Shown one piece after another: positions 22,945 through 32,005 of a stretch of 64,000 bases of DNA. Both the position numbers and the translations under genes were made by a program. The notes beneath the pieces were generated by a model. The model was not told where the DNA came from. It searched no databases and saw nothing but the letters and a program-made list of their open reading frames with translations. Origin of the DNA: Anthoceros angustus (Eukaryota > Plantae > Anthocerotophyta); the NCBI GenBank assembly GCA_010909165.1, contig MU008179.1:558001-622000 (forward strand). The letters run 5' to 3'. Every line of letters begins with the position of its first letter. Position 1 is the stretch's first letter.

Positions 22945-23220
22945 GAGTCCGGACTTTTCCGGACTCGAAGAAAGGCAACTCAAGTCCCCTCAAGGAGGAC
23001 CTGGACTTAGAGGTCCAGACTGGTGACGAGACCAGACCCTGAGGTCCGGACTCCGGGGGAAGGGTTGGGTCCAGAAGACTGGACCCCAGAGGCAAGTCCG
23101 GACCCCGAGGTCCGAACTCCAGAAAGAAGGCCGGACCTAGAGGACCGGACCCCAGAGGGAAGGCCGGACCTAGAGGTCCGGACTCCGGAGTCGAAACGGG
23201 GCCCTGAGGTCCAGACTCAG
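22945..23220. repeat. ~33-bp degenerate minisatellite (GGCCGGACCTAGAGGTCCGGACTCCGGAG-like)
   Basis: + frame reads RPDPEVRTPGE / SPDPEVRTPER / RPDLEDRTPEG / RPDLEVRTPES, i.e. an 11-codon period. Confidence 0.8.
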
Positions 23221-23762
23221 GGAGTGGGGGAGAGCCACCAATCACCAGCCCCGACAGATCCTTCTCTTGGAGGGCCCGCTGTGCAAGGGCCCACCAGAGA
23301 GATAAGCGAGGAGGCGAGGAGGACTTAGTGGTGATGGCTGCTGTCGCCGCCGCCGAGCGCAGCGGCACCCTCGGGAGAGGCGGGTCCGCCGCCGGATCAT
23401 CCGATTGGGTGCGCCGCATTGCTGTGGTTTCGGCCTTGGGCCGGTGTGCAAGAGCGGAATCGGGGCCAAGAGTCCGGGAGAAACGGTCTCAACCTGTGGA
23501 GCGGACGTGTACAGCAGTGAAGAGGACACTAAGATCGCCTCCTCGCGACAGAGGCAAGACACCGCCCACCTCCCGAGATACCGGAGGCGTGCCTGCCGTA
23601 CACCATGATTGTCGGCTTTCCGCAGATGTCAGGAATTTGGTTGTGTGGATCGCAATGGCCACTTGACACGAGGAAGTCTCGAATCTAAATTACGGAGGTG
23701 CTGGACAGTGCTCCGTAGTTTGTTATGAGTGTCTCCAATTCAAGCAAGTTTCTCAGAGCCGG

Positions 23763-24170
23763 TTGGGACCTCAGTTTGTGGATGATGAAGACGCGGGCAA
23801 GTGGAGCCTCTTCTATACACGCCAGTATGATCCAGAACGGGGCATTCCACCTGTAAGTTATGATGAGCTTCATATCTTCTTACTGTATGTCGAGGAGCAT
23901 CATGAAAGCTGCAGGGTGGAGTATTATCCCAGTGAACACCGGGATTTGTTTGAGCTCCAGCATCGGGGTCACAAGCGCTTACCCTGGGCCTGGACAAGTT
24001 ATGCAGAGGGTGCATGGAGGAAGTTGCAGCATCACTTTCAGATGCACCAGTGGTTTGACGGAATGAGATTGCCGCGAATTTTGGTGGGGACACATACCCT
24101 CGTCGCTTGGTTTTTCTCAAGGAATGGTTTCGAGTGTTCCATCATTTGCAGACAGGGCATCATGTGGTAG
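23763..24170 (+). CDS. Unknown ~135-codon ORF in a lower-GC cargo segment of the nested element
   Basis: Globular-looking composition (WSLFYTRQYDPERGIPPVSYDELHIFLLYVEEHH..); no ATG start; single copy in the window; no family recognised. Confidence 0.35.
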   Translation: MGPQFVDDEDAGKWSLFYTRQYDPERGIPPVSYDELHIFLLYVEEHHESCRVEYYPSEHRDLFELQHRGHKRLPWAWTSYAEGAWRKLQHHFQMHQWFDGMRLPRILVGTHTLVAWFFSRNGFECSIICRQGIMW

Positions 24171-24735
24171 GATGGCCTCGTGGGTTTGTGCCCTAATCGG
24201 CCGCCTACTATTCTCCTTATTCCTCCTATCTACGCCCGTGGTGGTGCGGGAGGACAGCTCAGGCTACCAAGGTCATGGTGGCGGACCCTAATGTGTGGTG
24301 GTGTGTGCGAGGGCGACCAGGACCCTTGCTCGTCGGCAGCGATGTCAGACGGGCCGAGCAGCGTGAGCGGTACTCCGGGCGTGTAGAGCAGACGAGAGGC
24401 TGTGAGCGGAGGAGGTCCGGACCGCAGCACCGATTTTCCCAAGGATACGAGTGAAGTGTGAATGGTGAGAGGAACGGACCGAGGGACGAGAGACAAACTT
24501 TGAATGACACGACGCGAATGAGTCCTTAAACGTTTAGCCACACTTGGTTTTGTGGGGGTGAATATTGGAGTAGTTAGTCGAAACGAGGAATGTGTGTGGG
24601 GTTTAAACGGCGCTATGTGAGGTGAGAAACGATTGAAACGTGGCCAACGGAGCCTATCATTCTCTTGGGAACGGACCTCCTTACTGCTTGACAGATTGCT
24701 GCGCTTGGCGGCGTCGGCCAAAGTCATACAACAAC

Positions 24736-27700
24736 CAAAATCACAAGTACTCTTAGCAAGATATTTGGCTACCTCCAAGAATGACACATGCATTGGTACA
24801 TTGATAGTGGAGCTTCACTCACATTTGTCATACAAGATCCTTCTTTTCATCTTACCCCTTGTGAACCGGCGCGTGGGTGATGATAGTGGCCTTCAAGTAC
24901 AAGGAAGAGGCACTTTGTCGTTGTCCCGTGAGGGAGGCGAATTTTGAAGTTAGAGGATGTTTACTATGTCCCACAAATGTCAAAGAACTTAGTTCCAGTC
25001 AGACTTACAATATCAAATGAGTACAACGTTCATTTTGGAGACACCGTGATGATCCAGACACCACCTCCTAGTGTGTCATGTCTCGCATTTGTCGACCTTC
25101 AATGACCTATACAGATAAATTTGTCCCCAACACTGCTACCAACATTGCCAATTTAACTCAGCTAACTGCGGCTATGGCACCATAGGTCACATGTTAACTC
25201 ACGAAGTTAGTAACTCTCACCAAAGCAACTGTACTCGTAATCCCTATCTCGCTTGTCTCCTTTGCCGTGAATCATGTGTGTATGCCAAGAGTCGATAGTA
25301 ACGACAACTTAATGTCAAGCCGAAAGTCGTACATATGGTGGAGGGAGTTTGTAGTCGGTGCCTTTGCACATCCGCAACCCTAAGGCATAATCATGCAGAG
25401 AAGTGTTCCATATTCTCAAGCCTAAAACGGTGTGGCCGAGCGCTGTCATCAATGGCTTGTTGAAGCCGTTCGAGCCATGCTGAACAGTTTTGGACTGTCT
25501 CACAAATATTGGGCAGAAGCTATTTCAACGGCGACCTACATCAAGGAGTGACACCAGTAACACGCTGCTGTTACTGGTGTCACTCCTTATGAGGGCTGGA
25601 CTGGTCGTAAACCCAATCAACTGCATCTTCGTATCTTCGAGGCACCTGCATATGCACATATTCCCAAACAACTTCGTCGGAAGCTTGACGACAAGGCCAG
25701 CAAGATGCTTTTGTGGGATATCAAGGAATCAAGGGATATGTCGGTGAACCCGAGACTCGGGTCACGATTCAAGGAGTGTGATTATTGATTTAGCATCACC
25801 GATGACAGCCGCAGAGGGAGAGAAATGGACCATCCCGCAGTCCGAACCAGCAGATCCAGCAAGGTTGCAATTCCTTTGGATTCCGACCTTGCAGATGTGA
25901 GTGGGAGCGATGATGACCAGCAGCTGTCTGAGTGGGAGTCCGAGGATCATGGGAGCGCATCCGCACACACCGCATAAGGGCCGCCCATCTGTGTACCCAC
26001 TCCACATGCACTGCACCTCCTTAGATCCCTGAGACCTCACAAGCACCTATACAACTGCACTGCAGCTCACTCCCTCACATCCGCAGCGCATGATCCTCAT
26101 GATCCGCCAGACATTAGGGAATGAAGCCTCCTTAGCGCCTGCAGCCCTGGCCGCGGCCGCCTCCACAAGGGCGTGCACTCAGGCATGAATCCTACCACCT
26201 TGAAGGTGCACACAAGACTGGGAGGGACGCCTCTCGATGCTCAACCCGGCGCACATCCGATCACGCCTCCTCCTCGCACGTAACCACGCGTGCCCCAAGC
26301 CACATCCTTGGAGCCCGTTGCCCCTGCTTGTGCACCATCTGCTTCACCCGCGCCCATTTCAAATAATAATTCATTAGTTGGGCCTTTACCAAATTTAGAA
26401 AATGAACCTAGTTTAGATGTCAATATTTTAACTTCGGACATGCCTCTTTAGTCCAAGCTATAATACAGATCCTATTGAACTGCTACACGTGAAGAGGCTT
26501 TGTCTGGACTCGATAAGGAGAAGTGGAGGCAGCTATTCAATCCGAGTATAATAATTTAATAGAAAATAATACTTGGGAATTAGTTAAGCTTCCTTATGGT
26601 AGAAAGCCTATACAATGCAAGTGGGTGTTTTGCATTAAATTGAAAGCGATGGTAGTGTAGAACGCTACAAGGCACGCTTTGTGTGCTAAGGGTATAGCCA
26701 AGTTCCGGTGTTGATTATCATGAAACTTTTTCATAGTTAAGTTGCAGATCATCGATACTTGTTAGCCTCAAGTTGAGTTAGATTTAGACTCACAACAAAT
26801 GGATGTTACAATTGCTTTTCTATATGGTAAATTAGAGGAGCTGATTTACATGGAACAACTCAAGTGTTTATAGATCCTAAAACAAAGGACTTAGTTTGTA
26901 GACTCTTAAGGTGTATTTATGGACTCAAGCAATCTCCTTTGAAGTGGTATCGATATTGATGGTACCCTTATCGAGATTGGCTTTGTTCGTTGTAATTGAT
27001 GAGAATGTATATTTCCTATGCAAAGATGGAAAGCTGGTTATTATTGCTTTATATGTGGATGACATCATAATTGCTACGAATAGCCGGAGTTATTATCAAA
27101 AGTGAAGACCACTCTTAGTTCCAAGTACGGATGAAGGATATTGGGACTCTTACCTATTGTCTTGGAGTTCAAATTGCTAGGAATAGGGCGTAAGGTACAC
27201 TTAGTATGTATCAAACCAAATATGTTAAAGAGCTTCTTAATCGTTTCAAGCTTGAGGCAGCTCATCCTGCAGCCACTCCACTTGTGGACAAGTCTTATCT
27301 ACTGGAGCCCACCCACGAGGAGGAACGAGAGGATGCTTCACACACTTTATAGGAGGCGAGGATGCTTACTCTTCCGAGTGGACTGGACTCGACGATATCA
27401 CTCATGTTGTTTCTATTGTATCGCAATTCCTTTCTAATCCGGTTTAGCTCATTGGGTTGCGGTAAACGCATCTATCGTTATGTATCCGGGACCCCATGTA
27501 GGACTTCAATATAAGCGATCGAGAACAGGAAGATCATTTTGAGGGTTGGTCCGATGCTAATTGGGCAGCTGATCCGTTGACAAGGAAAAGCCTATCTAGC
27601 TATTGTTTTACCTTATGTGGTCAGTAGTTTCATGGACATGTAAGAAGCAGAGTGTGTCTCTTAGCTCAACGAGAGTGAAAATGATTCCTTAACACTTGCC

Positions 27701-28015
27701 GGTAAGGAAGCTGGAAGGTCCTTATTAGCGGAGATGGATCAAGCACAGGACTCACCTACCTTGTTGCATTGCGACAATATGTCGGCAATAGCTTTAACCA
27801 AGACGCCAAGTACCATGCTCGGACTAAGCATATAGGCATTTATCATCATTTTATTAGACAGCTAGTCTCCGAGCATCATGTAACTATTGAATACATCCCA
27901 ACAGAGGAGAACTGGCGGATATATTTACAAGAGTTTATCCAAGGCCAAGCACCAGATTTCTCTTACGCTTTAGGCCTTGTGGACTTATCAAATGGTTCTT
28001 CTTAAGTGGGAGCTC
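24736..28015 (+). pseudogene. Copia pol (PR, GAG-pre-integrase, INT, RT, RNase H), heavily frameshifted, copy 1
   Basis: WYIDSG(A); LWHHR; QNGVAER; NTWELVKLPYGRKPIQCKWVF; IYGLKQSPLKWY; IALYVDDIII (~27050); GWSDANWAADPLTRKS; HARTKHIGIYHHFIRQ. Confidence 0.93.
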
Positions 28016-28105
28016 GCACATACGCTAACTTGCTATACATTTACGTTCTTATCAAGAGTGAACTGGACGTGTTAGCTTGTTAGTCTCATTCATGTTGCTT
28101 CAAAC

Positions 28106-28116
28106 GTGAGTGGGAG
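28106..28116 (+). promoter_or_regulatory. Polypurine tract of copia
   Basis: GTGAGTGGGAG immediately 5' of the 3' LTR; same at 63084-63094. Confidence 0.75.
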
Positions 28117-28330
28117 TGTAGAGGTTATGGCTATTAGAGCCCTAGTTAGGGCACGTTTGAAGATTATACTTTAATAATTACTTAAGTTACAGTGATGATA
28201 TGAATAGGCATCTTAGATTCAGTTTTTATAACTACTTTTATATGCTCTTCAAAAACATTGTCTTGGTTCACTTTTTTTCAATTCATACACTCTTTGTTCT
28301 ACGCTTATGTGAAATCCATGTGCCTTCACA
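28117..28330 (+). repeat. Copia 3' LTR, copy 1
   Basis: TGTAGAGG...CCTTCACA followed by TSD AGAGC. Confidence 0.95.
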
Positions 28331-28332
28331 AG

Positions 28333-28479
28333 AGCAAGAAAGAAAAGGCTGAGCAATCAGCTACAAAAAAGGTAACGACGAAAAAGCGCAAAGTCGAGGT
28401 CACAGTTGAAGAGACAACAGTTTGAGCCGATAAACGGGTCGGAGAGTGTCGAGAAGAAGAAGAAGAAGCAGCGGACTAA
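28333..28479 (+). pseudogene. NOP58: NOP58 last exon of unit A (K-rich tail), separated by copia
   Basis: SKKEKAEQSATKKVTTKKRKVEVTVEE..NGSESVEKKKKKQ; joins the preceding intron directly at the empty sites 35927 and 42301. Confidence 0.85.
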
Positions 28480-29551
28480 TGTTAGACCTGACTCTCCCTC
28501 TTTCAGGCCTGGAGGGATCCTCTTTTCTGGTGGGATGGAAGGCCTTAATTTTGCTCCCGTCACCTTGTTGGGTAGCCAACAGGATGTATTATTTATGGAA
28601 GTGTCTCCGAGACTCAGGGGAGGTGTGCCCTGTCTATCTAGGGCGCACAACCGATTTTGTGAAGGCTTCTCATAGCCTAGAGTGGCTCTCCCAGGCAAGA
28701 AATGAGGCAGGCTTCCGCCCGCCGAGCGCGAGGTAGGTCTGTTGGGGTGCCAGTCAAGCGTGTGTTGCCATAGTAGCTGAGAATCTCTGTCACCTTACAG
28801 CGCCTAACGCCTCCCGGAGAAGGCCGCCGCCCGCGTGAACCCATGCGGAGCCCTATCTCCATCGTGCCCACACATTTGTAACCAATCCGGCAGCAGGGCA
28901 CTTGTGGCTGCCAGCATTGTAAGTTATCAAATTTGCAGGTGTTTGATGAAATGGCAGGTGTAGATGCTATCGAGGGCGCTCATGAGTCACCTGGCACCAC
29001 TCTTATGATCTGACCGACAGTTTTTCCACGTGCTACGCCTGCCTCCAAGGTGGTTGGTGTAGCATAGTGCTTCCTAGCTCTTCATAAAAGATGAAGTTGA
29101 GCTTTCTGTCTCTTCAAAAAGGCGAAGTTGAGCTTTCTGGCTCGGCCTGCCACACAGACAGAGAAAGGCAAAGTTGAGCCGTATTTGACCCAGGTACCAT
29201 ATATAGCTCTCTTAATGAATGGGATGTAAATGAATGAATTAAGGAGGCAGAGCCTAAACGTGAGGAGCTTTGAAATTATTGGTTCCCCGAGCCTGTTGCA
29301 TTCCGATTGGAGGATTAGGAAGGGGCAAAAGCGGCAAGCAGGAAGCCCGGGCGCAAGGCGAGCATGGCTGCAGATGAGATATTTTGATGCGTGGAAAGCG
29401 AGGATCAGATACACGCAGGAAAGTGCACACTGCGCAGGCTCGTCAGCGAGCGGACTGGTACAAATAGCGGGCCGTTGGGCACTGCATTCCAACGATTTCA
29501 TCCAGCAATTTCAGCGCTTCCGGGTCTCCGAGTCGTCGTGCGGATCGAGCC

Positions 29552-30194
29552 ATGGCAGCATCCCAGCTCCTGTTCCTGGCCGTGGCCATGGCGGCAGCAG
29601 CCCTGGTTGCAGGCGACGCGGAAGTGGTGGTGGATTTCTGCGTGACGGACCCGGCGCCCGGCAACTCCATCCGATCCACCGGAAGCCCCTGCAAGGCTCT
29701 GGCCGACGTCAAGTCCTCCGACTTCAAGTTCACGCTGGTGCCGGGCGCCCCGGGCGGCCGCCTCAACTTCGGCGTCGCGGTGGGCTTCGCCGACCAGTGG
29801 GGCGGCTCAACGGCCTGCAGGTTGCCATCGCGAGGCTGGATTTCGGAAAGGGCGGCCAGATCCTCCCCACCACCACCCGCGCGCCACCGAGATCTTCTAC
29901 GTGGTGAAGGGCAAGGTGCTGAACGGCTTCATCGACTCCGCCGGCACCCTGTACGAGGAGGTGTTGAGCGCGGGCCAGGCCTTCGTCTTCCCAGAGGCCT
30001 CATCCACTACCAGCAGAACGTGGGCAAGGGCCCCGCCTACGGCATCTCCTCCTTCAACAGCCAGAGCCCCGGCCTGCAGCTCACATTCAACGCCGTCCTC
30101 GAATCCAACCCCTCATTTCCTCCAAGGATCTCGCCCAAACTCTCAACGTCAAGAAGAGCGAGGTCGACTCCTGCGCAAGGCCTTTGGAGCCTAA
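29552..30194 (+). CDS. Germin-like protein (cupin), intronless, with signal peptide; apparent frameshifts at homopolymers
   Basis: Signal peptide, DFCV..CK, AIARLDFGKGGQILPHHHPRATEIFYV (cupin motif 1 after restoring a C run), FVFPRGLIHYQQN (motif 2), SFNSQSPG; stop TAA 30192-30194. Confidence 0.9.
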
Positions 30195-31788
30195 TCGTTC
30201 AGCACCTGTCCGCCTCCGGATCCGGAGCTTCCTCGTTCAGGTCCCCTAGTGTGTCCCCAGTTGTTCCCAGTCCTAGTCCAGTCCGGTGACACCAGTGATA
30301 GGGATATGTAAGCAAGCGCACCGATTAATGCTCGCTGCGGATTTGATCTTTGCTTTTCCTTGGGAGACAGTCACGGCCCAGGCCTGGCTGTGCCAGTGGT
30401 AGCCATCTCCTCAACGTTTTACATTTTATCACATGACCTTGTGTGAGCACACGTCCCTCTCGGCAACCCAGTGCCGTACACTCTACGCCCATGAGTTTAC
30501 TCGTAAACCCTTGGCCTGCATGTGTGCTTTGTGGTGCTAGGTGCGCAAGCTAGTGTTCCATCGTTGTTCAGCAGACGACTGAATCAGGAACAATGTTCTC
30601 GAAACCGGAAGATCAGCAGCCGCATACGCCCGCACCATGCTTCCGGATATGGAACAAGGGTTGAGAGATGCAGGTTGTGCGATAAAGGACTTCAGCTACG
30701 TCCGAATATCGGAAGGACAACGTACCCACACCTCCCCACGTGCGCCATGTCTCCGAGTCCCGAACAATATTCGCAAGATCCGTTTTGGTCTTGCACCGTG
30801 TCCTGACGCCATCCTTCAGACAATCCCGTTTTGGAAGGGGCTTCCTTGGTCAGGAACCAGACCTGTTCGCCCATAATATGGTTTAAAGCCTTTTGACCCA
30901 TAATATGTTCTGCGCCTCTCCCAAGGTGGCTCCTGCAGCAAAGTGCACTTTGCCTCGGCTCACAACTGCATTGAAGGCTGTCAATATTAAAATATTGAAG
31001 GCTGTCAATATTAAACTGATGTACGCAGGCATGATGTAGGTATCAGGAGGCAGATATGCCTGCAATGCATGTCAGTGGCCGCAGATTGGTGAACTTGTTG
31101 GTTAGCCCTGAAAGCTGCAAGCAGAACAAGGAGAAGGTATGTGGGCAAGGGCCCCGCCTACGTGGCCAGAACTGGGGCGGGCCCCTTGCCCAGCCAGATT
31201 GAATAAAAGTCTTCTCAGCTTATCTGCATACTCAAAGGCCCCAGCAAAGCTGCAATTGCAAGCAGGAAGCCCGGGCGCAAAGCGAGCATGGCTGCATATG
31301 AGATATTTTGTTGCGTGGAAAGCGAGAGTCAGATACACGTAGGAAAGTCCTCTTCAAAGCTGCAATTGCCCTTGCAAGCAGGAAGCCCGGGCGCAAAGCG
31401 AGCATGGCGGCCCATGGGATTACATGATTTGATGCGTGGAATTTGAAAGCATGGGTCAGATACATGGAGGGTCGAGACTCAAAGTATTGGAATAGAACAT
31501 CCTAGATAGATGGGCACATCCCAGATGTGAACAGTCACGCCCTTTCGTGGTGACTACAAAAGGCACAGCGTACCCAAGGCATTGACTCTTTCCTAATCAT
31601 TCTTCCTTCTCCTCCATCCCTCTCCACATACGCATAGATTGATCTGCCTGATTTCCTATACAAAGCGCACATGAACATTGCACACTGCACAGGCTCGTAA
31701 GCCAACGAACTGGTACAAAAGCGGGCCGTTGGTCACTGCATTCCAGGTATCCAGCCACGTCATCTCCTCTCGTCGTCTGGATCGAGCC

Positions 31789-31976
31789 ATGGCCGCATCC
31801 CGGCTCCTGCAGCGGCGACGGTCGCAGGCGACGCGGAACTGGCGCTGGACTTCTGCGTAACGGACCCGCCGTCCGGCAACTCCATCCGGCCCACCGGAGG
31901 CGCCTGCACCATGGCCGCATCCCGGCTCCTGTTCCTGGCCCTGGCCATGGCAGCAGCAGCCATGCTCCCAGGCGAC
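31789..31976 (+). pseudogene. Truncated germin-like 5' fragments, unit B
   Basis: As 1175-1362. Confidence 0.88.
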
Positions 31977-32005
31977 TTCTGCTCATTATACTCCTTCCAC
32001 CGCAG

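Larger units (their letters stand above)
8859..24730 (+). mobile_element. GC-rich unclassified element nested in copia between gag and protease (outer element, copy 1)
   Basis: ACAAC at 8854-8858 and 24731-24735; starts TGTGG, ends CATACA (CCACA in copy 2). Removing it restores the copia frame GGLPPSTNIVQ-PKSQVLLA..WYIDSG. Confidence 0.85.
4074..28330 (+). mobile_element. Ty1/copia LTR retrotransposon, copy 1 (with internal duplications and a nested element)
   Basis: TG...CA LTRs at 4074-4279 and 28117-28330, TSD AGAGC (4069-4073; 28331-28335), PBS TGGTATC after the 5' LTR, PPT before the 3' LTR, domain order gag-PR-INT-RT-RH. Confidence 0.96.

Noticed and set aside
24268-24300. Kozak-like CCGCCACCATG on the minus strand
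   Set aside because: Opens only MTLVA-stop, and the homologous site near 15410 has GTG.
9000-24400. Many long minus-strand and alternative-frame ORFs (e.g. 19524-20396, 22622-23419, 55702-56496) as separate genes
   Set aside because: Expected stop-codon scarcity in GC- and purine-rich repeats; Pro/Ser/Arg-rich shadows of the + strand ORF and minisatellite.
8859-24730. rDNA/IGS, CRISPR array or organellar insertion as the source of the GC-rich repeats
   Set aside because: No rRNA or tRNA sequence, no repeat-spacer regularity and no organellar genes; the region is bounded by a TSD like a mobile element.
28930-29020. PPR-like VFDEM peptide after an acceptor-like TTTGCAG
   Set aside because: Only a five-residue match; no further PPR consensus in frame.
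29025-29080. Helitron 3' end: hairpin TGCTACGCC..GGTGTAGCA followed by CTAG
   Set aside because: CTAG is not conserved (TTAG at ~36685 and ~43060), is not followed by T, and no matching 5' TC boundary is identifiable.
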